A stretch of DNA of 46,258 nucleotides from an uncultured bacterium (GTDB lineage: Bacteria > UBP4 > UBA4092): assembly GCA_964644695.1 (NCBI GenBank), contig CAZXWN010000003.1:248001-294258 (forward strand), given 5' to 3'. This document shows, in pieces, positions 8,920 to 18,321 of the stretch (within the stretch, counting starts at the first letter, position 1; every line of letters begins with the position of its first letter). Both the position numbers and the translations under genes were made by a program. The notes under the pieces are model-generated. The model had not been told where the DNA came from, did no database searches, and saw only the letters and a program-made list of their open reading frames with translations.

Positions 8920-10479
8920 TTAATGACGGAAATGACGCATTCCGGTAAAGACCAATGCAATTCCATTTTCGTCACAGACATCAATTGACTCCTGATCCTT
9001 TTTGGAACCACCCGGATGGATGATGGCACTGATTCCGGCTTTCGCCGCTTCCAGTGCGGTATCGTTATACGGGAAGAAAGCATCACTGGCCAAGACTGCA
9101 CCCTTGACCTTCTCACCCGCTCTGGCAATTGCATGGCGCGCCGAGTCTACACGGTTAGTCTGCCCCATTCCCAGTCCGAGGGTCACATTATCCCTGGCAA
9201 TCGAAATTGCGTTGGATTTCAGGTATTTTACAACAGTCCATGCGAATTTCAAATCAGCCATCTGTTCAGGTGTTGGCTGAACTTTGGAAACGACCTTCAA
9301 ATCGGATTCATTGAAAAGGCAGTTATCCGGGGTTTGCATCAGCAATCCACCCAGGACGTATTTTGTGGTTAATTCGAAAGGTTTTTCACCCAGCTTCCAC
9401 AGTCCTGTGGTAACGACGCGAAGGTTTTCCTTAGTGGCGAGGATGGCTTTAGCACCGTCCGTAATTTTCGGGCAGATAATGACTTCAAGGAATTTCTTAG
9501 CCATCTTTTCAGCGGCAGGTTCATCAAGCACCGTGTTGATGGCGACGATTCCACCGAAAGCCGATACCGGGTCGGCTTCTAATGCCTTCGTGTAGGCATC
9601 CAGAGCATCCACGCCCAGAGCTACGCCGCAGGGGTTGGCGTGCTTCACTATGACACAGGCGGGAGTGGAAAATTCCATCACACATTGCAGGGCTGCATCG
9701 GTATCAGCGATGTTGTTATATGACAACTCTTTTCCCTGTATTTGCTGCAGATTGCCCATGCTGGGAGTTAGTTTGTTGGTGGATTTATAAAAGGCTGCGG
9801 GTTGGTGAGGGTTCTCACCGTAACGCATTCCCTGTACTTTACGATACCCAAGGGTAAGCTGTTCGGGGAAGCCCTCTTCCTTATTCACAACGGTCCGGAA
9901 ATAGTCCGCAATCAGAGTGTCATAATAGGCTGTATGGGCAAATACTTTACCTGCGAGGCGGGCACGAGTTGCGGGAGTCGTTTTCCCTTGATTGCTCTTT
10001 AATTCAGACAACACAGGTGCGTAATCAGACGGGTCAACAATCACCGTCACTGATTCGTAATTCTTGGAAGCCGACCTCAACATTGTGGGGCCACCGATAT
10101 CAATATTCTCAATGGCATCTTCTAAAGTGATTCCAGGTTTGGCGATTGCCTGTTCAAAGGGGTAAAGATTCACGACGACCATGTCAATGTTTTCCAACGA
10201 ATGTGTTTCCATTTGGCTGATATGGTCCTTATTTTCGCGGCGGTATAACAATCCTGCATGAATTTTGGGATGAAGTGTTTTGACGCGGCCATCCAATATC
10301 TCAGGGGAACCCGTGAATTCACTGACCGCTTTGACCGGAATGCCTGCTTCCTGCAGAGCTTTCGCAGTTCCTCCGGTGGATAATAATTCGAAACCTAATG
10401 CTGCTAACTCTTTGCAGAAGGGAATCAACCCGGTTTTGTCGGATACGCTGACTAATGCACGGGGCACATTATTTAACAT
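8920..10479 (-). CDS. purH: Bifunctional AICAR transformylase/IMP cyclohydrolase
   Basis: ALVSVSDKTG, GRVKTLHP, ENIDIGGPTM, RYGENPHQ, KHANPCG, ASDAFFP and terminal RHFRH. Confidence 0.98.
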   Translation of the reverse strand: MLNNVPRALVSVSDKTGLIPFCKELAALGFELLSTGGTAKALQEAGIPVKAVSEFTGSPEILDGRVKTLHPKIHAGLLYRRENKDHISQMETHSLENIDMVVVNLYPFEQAIAKPGITLEDAIENIDIGGPTMLRSASKNYESVTVIVDPSDYAPVLSELKSNQGKTTPATRARLAGKVFAHTAYYDTLIADYFRTVVNKEEGFPEQLTLGYRKVQGMRYGENPHQPAAFYKSTNKLTPSMGNLQQIQGKELSYNNIADTDAALQCVMEFSTPACVIVKHANPCGVALGVDALDAYTKALEADPVSAFGGIVAINTVLDEPAAEKMAKKFLEVIICPKITDGAKAILATKENLRVVTTGLWKLGEKPFELTTKYVLGGLLMQTPDNCLFNESDLKVVSKVQPTPEQMADLKFAWTVVKYLKSNAISIARDNVTLGLGMGQTNRVDSARHAIARAGEKVKGAVLASDAFFPYNDTALEAAKAGISAIIHPGGSKKDQESIDVCDENGIALVFTGMRHFRH

Positions 10480-10500
10480 GACAAGTAACTCCTTATGAGG

Positions 10501-11037
10501 CTAGTTGTTTTTTACGGCAAACTGAAGGGTTTCTGGCTTGAATATCTTGTAGACGATCTCTCGTAATGGCCAAGCCACTATTCCATTATACAAGACTGTG
10601 GGGAGGACCAGGAACCATATATGCTTAAAAAATCCAATGCCGATTCCCCATGGATATACAAAAATGCCTTCTAAGAGACTGCATCCCAATACACAAAGTA
10701 TTAGAGTCAGGGCATGATGCCGATAGAATTTTTTTGTGACCAGGCCCACAATAAGTCCCGAAAAACTAAAGATTCCAGCCATAAGCCCTATCACAGAATA
10801 AGTCATGACATCCATGACCAGTCCTGACAGAAACCCAATTACGGCACCTCGGGTTCCACCATAATTCGCGGCGAAGATAATAACGGTAATCAACACCAAA
10901 TTGGGTATGACATTGAAGATTCGATATACGGGTACAACTTCGACTTGGAGAATCAGTGTAATTACAAGTATCAGAAAAACCCTTAGATAGCCTGTTCTCT
11001 GGAAAGGCCATTGAAAAGGATGTCGGGGGAAGTTCAT
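10501..11037 (-). CDS. mreD: Rod shape-determining protein MreD
   Basis: Hydrophobic protein with PNLVLI and GFLSGLVMD. Start moved to ATG 11037, immediately after the mreC stop, with RBS GAGG. Confidence 0.88.
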   Translation of the reverse strand: MNFPRHPFQWPFQRTGYLRVFLILVITLILQVEVVPVYRIFNVIPNLVLITVIIFAANYGGTRGAVIGFLSGLVMDVMTYSVIGLMAGIFSFSGLIVGLVTKKFYRHHALTLILCVLGCSLLEGIFVYPWGIGIGFFKHIWFLVLPTVLYNGIVAWPLREIVYKIFKPETLQFAVKNN

Positions 11038-11038
11038 C

Positions 11039-11917
11039 TTACTCGGTTGCCTCTTCAACATCCGGTTCCGGATCGGGCCAGGATTCCCGATTCTGGGGTT
11101 GCGTAACAATGAGGACTTCACGGACCAAGTGACAATCTACAGCCGGTCTAACTTGAACGGATAATGCCCAGCCAGAGCGCTTATCACGTTTTATATAGCT
11201 GACATAACCGACATATAAATTGGGAGGGAATACTCCACCCATTCCGTTAGTATAAATACGGTCTCCCGTTTTTATCTGGGCGTCTGGAGTCTCCATGGTT
11301 AGTTTACAACGAGTGGTTCCCATACCTTCCAGAATAGCTCTGGCTCCAGTGCGTTGAACTGTTACTGAGACTGCGGATCGTTGGTCAGTAATTAATAAGA
11401 TTTTACTTGTCCTGGGTGATACAGAGATAATTCGTCCTAATATCCCATCCTGACCTAATACGACCATCCCTTTACGCATACCATCCTCTGACCCTTTATC
11501 AATAATCAGGGTTAGATAATAACTGCTGGGAGAGAGCCCGATGACCTCTGAAGCTTCCGTCTTGATGGGGACTCGCTGTTTCATCTCCAGCAATTTACGG
11601 AGACGATTCAATTCCTGGTCACGATCTTTGGATTCAATTTTCTGTCGCCGGAGAATAGCATTCTCTTTCTGAAGATCAACGACCTGGTCATTAAGAGTGT
11701 ACTGCCGGAGAATGTACTCGCCCTGATATAAAAGCCAAGATTGAGCCTGGCTGATAAAAGTACCTACTGGACGATAAATGACTTGGACCTTTTTAAAAGT
11801 CATGTCAGCCAGTATTTGCCTCTGGGTGTGAGGAACCAGCCACAGGATAAATAACAGGACCGCCATGACCACGAGGGTCAGCAGACGGCCCCAATAACGG
11901 CGAAAAAAAGCATACAT
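11039..11917 (-). CDS. mreC: Rod shape-determining protein MreC
   Basis: N-terminal TM, coiled coil (LQKEN..LR, ELNRLRKLL), IDKGSEDG, G.GGVFP; lies between mreB and mreD. Confidence 0.93.
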   Translation of the reverse strand: MYAFFRRYWGRLLTLVVMAVLLFILWLVPHTQRQILADMTFKKVQVIYRPVGTFISQAQSWLLYQGEYILRQYTLNDQVVDLQKENAILRRQKIESKDRDQELNRLRKLLEMKQRVPIKTEASEVIGLSPSSYYLTLIIDKGSEDGMRKGMVVLGQDGILGRIISVSPRTSKILLITDQRSAVSVTVQRTGARAILEGMGTTRCKLTMETPDAQIKTGDRIYTNGMGGVFPPNLYVGYVSYIKRDKRSGWALSVQVRPAVDCHLVREVLIVTQPQNRESWPDPEPDVEEATE

Positions 11918-11932
11918 AGGTTTATCAGCTTA

Positions 11933-13012
<1,080 letters not shown>

Positions 13013-13053
13013 TCAAAGACCTCATCTCTCACAATAATTGTCATATACCTTGC

Positions 13054-13680
13054 TTAATCTTTGGGTCGCTCAGTTTTATTTTCTTTTTCCGGAGTTCGGA
13101 ACAAGCTGGGGAAATGAGTATCATCATCGCCCAATGGATCAAAAATAAAAGATTCTTCTGTCTTCACCGGTTCTGGTGCTGCCGTTGGTTCTACGGCTTC
13201 TTTTGCTGGTACCGGTGCCGTTTCCACCTTGGGTACTGATTCCACCGGTGGGGGTGTTGTTGCTTTTTTCTTACCGGGTTTCTTTTTAACAGAATCAACC
13301 TTTTGTATGGCTTCCAAGATTCTATCCAGCTCCTGCCGAGTCAGTTTCCCTTCGGCATAGAGCTGTTCGAAACTTTTAATCTTTTCATCCAGAGTGGCTG
13401 GTCTGTCAGGTTTTACTGGACCGGGTTGGACTTTTGCCGGAGGAATGGACGTTGTATCCAGCCCGGTAATACCATAATTCTTTATCATGGTATTCCGAAT
13501 CTTATCCATTTCTTCCCGGGTCAATTTGCCTTTGCTATAAAGTGCACTAAAACCTTTCATTTCATCTTTCAGGTCAGGGCCCGTTTTGGGCTTAACCTGT
13601 TTGACGAAGAAAAGTACTAAAACCGCCAGACCAATCAGCACCACAATAGTGACAGACAAAAGTACCAATGTAGAATCCAT
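13054..13680 (-). CDS. Hypothetical bitopic membrane protein with two SHOCT-like repeats
   Basis: N-terminal TM; repeats DEMKGFSALYSKGKLTREEMDKI and EKIKSFEQLYAEGKLTRQELDRI; Pro/Glu-rich tail. Confidence 0.75.
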   Translation of the reverse strand: MDSTLVLLSVTIVVLIGLAVLVLFFVKQVKPKTGPDLKDEMKGFSALYSKGKLTREEMDKIRNTMIKNYGITGLDTTSIPPAKVQPGPVKPDRPATLDEKIKSFEQLYAEGKLTRQELDRILEAIQKVDSVKKKPGKKKATTPPPVESVPKVETAPVPAKEAVEPTAAPEPVKTEESFIFDPLGDDDTHFPSLFRTPEKENKTERPKD

Positions 13681-13812
13681 AATTACACCCGATTATCTCT
13701 TTAGAATATTAACAAATATACTCGTTAGGTTCAATAAATCCTTAATTCGTCAAGTCTGGAGCGAGTCAAATACTTTTAACATATTGACAGATTATATCTG
13801 AACTGACCAAAT

Positions 13813-13840
13813 AAAAGAGGACCTTTTTTCAAAGGTCCTC
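13813..13840 (-). terminator. Intrinsic terminator after the phosphohexomutase gene
   Basis: gaggaccttt / aaaggtcctc stem with an A-run on its left (U-tract on minus). Confidence 0.75.
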
Positions 13841-13872
13841 CTGAAAAAAGCATTTATATTAACTAATACGAA

Positions 13873-15240
13873 TTATTGGCCAGCCAGCTTCCGTATGTCG
13901 TTGCATAATGATTTGGCTTTTTCTTCTGTGGGTGCCTCCGCAATGATTCGTACGATAGGTTCGGTTCCAGAAGGCCGGACATGGACCCATGAATCCGGGA
14001 AATTGACTTTCGTTCCGTCCAGAGTATCTATGGTGGCATCCGGATACTGGGACTTGGTTTTTTCTAATAAAGCAGGGATTTCACTGCGTTCCAGGGTGAT
14101 TTTATCTTTCACAATCACATAGGGAGGCAATTCAGCTGCTTTCTCCGCCAGAGTTTTTCCGGTTCTTACAAGCATTTCCATCATTAAGGCAATTCCGGTG
14201 GCAGCATCCCGTCCATAATGGGTTTCGGGGAAAATTACGCCACCATTTCCTTCACCGCCGATGATGCAGTTGGGGTCAGCGATCATGGTCCGGGCGACAT
14301 TGGCTTCACCGATTTTGGTTCTATGGACGGTGGCGCCATGTTTGGCGGCGACATCTTCAATGGCTCGGGTCGTGGACATGTTGACGGCCACTGTGGGTTT
14401 AGTGACAGATGCTGGTTTCCTATAACCCAGGACATAATCGACAATGAGGGCAAGACCATTTTCTTCGCCGATAGGAACTCCCTTGTTACTGACGAAAGCA
14501 ATCCGGTCAACATCCGGGTCCGTAGCAAACCCAAAATCAGCATTGGACTCTTTCACTGCATCGCATAACTGAACCAGGTTTTCCGGGAGAGGTTCAGGTG
14601 TATGAGCAAACTGTCCATTCGGTTCCGTATTGATAGCAATGACCTCACACCCCAGTTGTTCCAACAGTGGAAGAATCATTGGGGCGCCGGCACCATTGCA
14701 GGGGTCATAAGCGACTTTGAATTTTCGCGCCTTGATAGCCGCAACATCCATCTTGGATAAAACGAGGTCGCGGTGTTCCTGAAGTGCTTCAGGATGGTTC
14801 ACAATTTTACCCAGATGATAGACATCTGTGTAATGGATGGGGCCGTTTTTGAAGATATTCAAAAATTCAGCACCCTGGGCAGCATCCATGAAAATACCGT
14901 CTTCCCACATGATTTTCAGGGCATTCCATTGCACTGGGTTGTGGGATGCCGAAATCATGATTCCACCTTTGGCTTTTTGTTTACGGATTTGAATACCAAC
15001 GGTGGGGGTGGCGCATAGTCCAATATCAATAACTTCACAGCCTACGGCAACCAGTGCCGCTCTGACAGCATTGCACAACATATCGCCAGAGATTCGGGAA
15101 TCTTTGCCCAGGATAATGCGGGCCTTGGGACCGCCGCGGAAACTTCCAAATGCGGAGGCCATTTTACTAAATAAATCGGGAGTGATGTTGTCGCCGATAA
15201 TTCCACGGATACCGGCCACACTAATCATTAATTCAGACAT
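13873..15240 (-). CDS. glmM: Alpha-D-phosphohexomutase, probably phosphoglucosamine mutase
   Basis: ISASHNP catalytic Ser, DPDVDR metal loop, GGEGNGG and RPSGTEP. Family is certain; specificity (GlmM vs PMM/PGM) is inferred. Confidence 0.7.
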   Translation of the reverse strand: MSELMISVAGIRGIIGDNITPDLFSKMASAFGSFRGGPKARIILGKDSRISGDMLCNAVRAALVAVGCEVIDIGLCATPTVGIQIRKQKAKGGIMISASHNPVQWNALKIMWEDGIFMDAAQGAEFLNIFKNGPIHYTDVYHLGKIVNHPEALQEHRDLVLSKMDVAAIKARKFKVAYDPCNGAGAPMILPLLEQLGCEVIAINTEPNGQFAHTPEPLPENLVQLCDAVKESNADFGFATDPDVDRIAFVSNKGVPIGEENGLALIVDYVLGYRKPASVTKPTVAVNMSTTRAIEDVAAKHGATVHRTKIGEANVARTMIADPNCIIGGEGNGGVIFPETHYGRDAATGIALMMEMLVRTGKTLAEKAAELPPYVIVKDKITLERSEIPALLEKTKSQYPDATIDTLDGTKVNFPDSWVHVRPSGTEPIVRIIAEAPTEEKAKSLCNDIRKLAGQ

Positions 15241-15525
15241 TTTTCTATCCTTTTATAATAGGAATACACTATACAATACTGAATTATTCCAGCTGAAAAC
15301 ATCCCAGCAGGGTACGATTTCCCAATTCCCTTAAACACACAAAACACTATACATAAATTAAACAAACTTCATCAAAAATGAAGGCACAGCATTAAATTAT
15401 TATTATAACTCCAATCACCTTTTTGTTGAAAATATGGGAAGTAACAGGATTTCATTGCAAGAGTGTTCTTAATTCGAGATAATGCAAAAAGAGGGCTATA
15501 CTGGAAAATACAGGAGGGTGATATC

Positions 15526-16131
15526 ATGCCGGAAGATACCTTCAAAAGTTACCTGGGTATTGTGATGCAGATGATGGATGGAGACCTGCTCCGATTTGAG
15601 GCGCAAGATGCTGACTCGGGTGCCCGGATATTGGAATCCGTTCACCGAATGAAAATATTCAGTGAAAAATATATCATGCTTTCAGATGAAAAATCGGTGA
15701 CCAGTATTACGACCCAGTCTGTTTGTTGGATACGGTTTGATACTCGGCAGCCGATGGAGTGGGATTATCATCCGCAAATCAAAAAGGTTGAATTGATCAG
15801 TGCGGCTCAATTCAAGGAAGGCTTGAGAAAAGAAGTCCCAGAAGCCCGTAATGACCTTGAAAGCAATATCCCCGGGATCCCGATTCATATTTATGCAGAA
15901 TTCCACTTTAACCATGGTGACCCCTTATACTTCAAAATTTATACTCAGACGCATGTTCGACTGGATAATGTACGGGTGGCAAATTTGTTGAGGGAGATGA
16001 CGACTTTTCCTGCGGTCAGTTCCGAAGGAGGAGGAATTTTGGTAAATATGGCGAATGCTCTCCATTGGACGACACATCCTGCACCCCCCGACTTACCGAA
16101 TACTACATGGAAAGTGACTTCTGAAATGTAA
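15526..16131 (+). CDS. Hypothetical protein
   Basis: Long ORF; start moved to ATG 15526 behind a strong RBS (AGGAGGG); no family recognised. Confidence 0.75.
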   Translation: MPEDTFKSYLGIVMQMMDGDLLRFEAQDADSGARILESVHRMKIFSEKYIMLSDEKSVTSITTQSVCWIRFDTRQPMEWDYHPQIKKVELISAAQFKEGLRKEVPEARNDLESNIPGIPIHIYAEFHFNHGDPLYFKIYTQTHVRLDNVRVANLLREMTTFPAVSSEGGGILVNMANALHWTTHPAPPDLPNTTWKVTSEM

Positions 16132-16152
16132 CCCCAGGGAGTTTTTCCTACA

Positions 16153-16201
16153 AACGACTCATCCACGGAGCTACTCCGAGCAGGTCCGTGGATGAGTCGT
16201 T
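16153..16201. repeat. 49-bp dyad repeat, copy 2
   Basis: aacgactcatcc-acggag-ctactccgagcag-gtccgt-ggatgagtcgtt; arms are a perfect 18-bp inverted repeat when 16152 and 16202 are included; lies between convergent genes. Confidence 0.88.
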
Positions 16202-16240
16202 TAAGTGAGTGTTAAGAGTCTGTTTATCGTTTTGAAAATA

Positions 16241-17131
16241 TCAGGGTTGAAATGTCAGTCTCAGGATGGTTCCTACTTTATCTTTTTCAGGTCCAGCGGT
16301 CGTGATAAACAACACCTTTTTATCTTTACCTGAAAATTCACAGTTGGTCGGCATTTTTGCCGGCAGGGAGATAGTCTTTTGGATTTTTCCATTGGGGGAG
16401 ACTATACATAATTTCCCATTGCCTGCTTGTGCAATGAAAAGGTTACCTCTTGAATCAACGGTCATTCCATCAGGAACCGCCCCTTTTTCCAACTGCACCC
16501 AGCAAGTCCCTTTTGATAAAGACCCGTTGGAGTGAATTTGGAATCGCCAGATAGCATGAAGGCCTGACCGGGCAACATAGAGCCATCGGCCATTGGGACT
16601 GACCACAATTCCATTCGGTTGCTGGTTCAATTCGACAGCGCGGGTCAATGTTCCCTTTGATGAATAACAATAAACTCCCTGAATATCTTTGGGGTTTCCG
16701 GTCCAGTCCGGGTCTGTAAAATAAATGTTTCCCCGTCGGTCGAGGGCAATATCATTCACATTCAGAAAAGGTACACCCTTGTAATCGGAGGCAAGTGTTT
16801 TGAGGGTTCGAGTCGCAATGTCAATTTCCAGTAAGGCTTTTACGGAATGACCACAGGCGAATATTTTCTTTTTGTCTCGGCTTAGAATCAGCCCATTTGT
16901 TTTAATGTTCTTGGAAAGCCAGGGAATCGTGCCGCCTTCAGGTTTCAGTTGTTCAATGGTTTTGGCGTGGACATCTGAAAAGACAAGATAACCTTCAGAA
17001 AGCCATACCGGGCCTTCTGGGAAAACCAATCCACTGACCATTATTTCGATAGTGTAGTTATTCCAGGAATATCCCCAGGCTGTTGCGGTGGTCAGGAGAA
17101 GGAGGGTGATGAGACTTATTGTTTTTTTCAT
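16241..17131 (-). CDS. Secreted SMP-30/gluconolactonase/LRE family protein
   Basis: Signal peptide; FPEGPVW, NVND, YFTDP, QPNGIVVSP, PDGMTVD and PTNCEF. Confidence 0.92.
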   Translation of the reverse strand: MKKTISLITLLLLTTATAWGYSWNNYTIEIMVSGLVFPEGPVWLSEGYLVFSDVHAKTIEQLKPEGGTIPWLSKNIKTNGLILSRDKKKIFACGHSVKALLEIDIATRTLKTLASDYKGVPFLNVNDIALDRRGNIYFTDPDWTGNPKDIQGVYCYSSKGTLTRAVELNQQPNGIVVSPNGRWLYVARSGLHAIWRFQIHSNGSLSKGTCWVQLEKGAVPDGMTVDSRGNLFIAQAGNGKLCIVSPNGKIQKTISLPAKMPTNCEFSGKDKKVLFITTAGPEKDKVGTILRLTFQP

Positions 17132-17188
17132 GATTAAAACCTTTTGAAGGACTTTGTTTATTGCCCTTCATTGTAGCATTGGCAAAAT

Positions 17189-17218
17189 AAAAAAGCCGGC
17201 TCAATTGAACCGGCTTTT
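17189..17218 (-). terminator. Intrinsic terminator after the epimerase gene
   Basis: aaaagccgg / ccggctttt stem with flanking A-run. Confidence 0.75.
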
Positions 17219-17236
17219 GCAAGAACTATCGGGTTA

Positions 17237-18187
17237 TTACCGCTGTGGTTTTTTGTACCAGTCAGGGTATTTCTTGAACCATTCTGTGGTGATAGTGAGA
17301 CCCTGTTCAAAATCAACTTTCGGAACCCATCCGAGTTCTTTCTTGATTTTGTCGGCGCACAGGTAGATTTTGTCCACTTCACCCGCGCGTTCTGGAGCAT
17401 AGATGGCATCATGATCATAACCGGTGATTTTTCGGAGCAGGTTATATATCAAGTTGACGGATATGGGGATTCCCCAACCGAGATTGAAGATGTCATTCTT
17501 ATCGGAATTAAGGGCGAGCCAGTTGCCTTCTACGACATCATCTACAAACACGAAATCACGAGTCTGTTCACCGCTGCCGAAGATGGTTGGGGTAATGCCC
17601 CGAATCATCATTCCGATGAAGATGGCATTGACGCCGGCTTCACCGTAAGGGTTCTGGAAGTGACCATACACATTGGGGTAACGGAGAATGGTGTACTGTA
17701 AGCCGTAGAGCATGTGGTACAGCTCAATGTAATGTTCAACAGTGTGTTTAGTGATCCCGTAAGGACACAGGGGTTTGATGGGGTGGTTTTCATCACAGGG
17801 CAGGTATTTGGGTTCACCGTAAACCGCACCGCCGGTGGAGGCGTAAACCAGTTTCTTGATGTTGTATTTACGGCAGTTTTCCAAGAGATTCAATGAACCC
17901 AGGATATTGACTGTGGCATCATAGGCAGGGACTTCGACAGATTTACGGACATCGATCTGGGCGGCGTGATGGCAGACAAAATCAAACTTCTCTGCGGCAA
18001 ACAAGGCGTCAAGTGCTGGATCGCCTAAATCCATCTTGTGGAACACGGCTTCTGGAGCAATGTTTTTCTCGTTGCCTGTTACCAAGTTGTCGAGAATATG
18101 GACTTGATACCCTTCCTTGATGAACCGGGCGGAAATCCGGGAACCAATAAACCCGGCTCCACCGGTGATTAGAATTTTACCGGACAT
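17237..18187 (-). CDS. NAD-dependent epimerase/dehydratase (UDP-glucose 4-epimerase-like extended SDR)
   Basis: GGAGFIGS, HHAAQIDVRKS, STGGAVYG, YGITK and TRDFVFVDD; start moved to ATG 18187 (RBS GAGGAG). Confidence 0.92.
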   Translation of the reverse strand: MSGKILITGGAGFIGSRISARFIKEGYQVHILDNLVTGNEKNIAPEAVFHKMDLGDPALDALFAAEKFDFVCHHAAQIDVRKSVEVPAYDATVNILGSLNLLENCRKYNIKKLVYASTGGAVYGEPKYLPCDENHPIKPLCPYGITKHTVEHYIELYHMLYGLQYTILRYPNVYGHFQNPYGEAGVNAIFIGMMIRGITPTIFGSGEQTRDFVFVDDVVEGNWLALNSDKNDIFNLGWGIPISVNLIYNLLRKITGYDHDAIYAPERAGEVDKIYLCADKIKKELGWVPKVDFEQGLTITTEWFKKYPDWYKKPQR

Positions 18188-18268
18188 GAGTGGACTTCTC
18201 CTCGAATAAGATTTTATTCTCAAAATACAATTATACTTTATTCAGGGTGTGTCGGTATTTATAAACAT

Positions 18269-18298
18269 AAAAAAGGCCAGTGCAAAACACCGGCCTTT
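18269..18298 (-). terminator. Intrinsic terminator after the smaller CARDB gene
   Basis: aaaggcc / ggccttt stem with a left A-run. Confidence 0.7.
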
Positions 18299-18321
18299 GT
18301 ATTGTTCCAGTCATGAATTAA

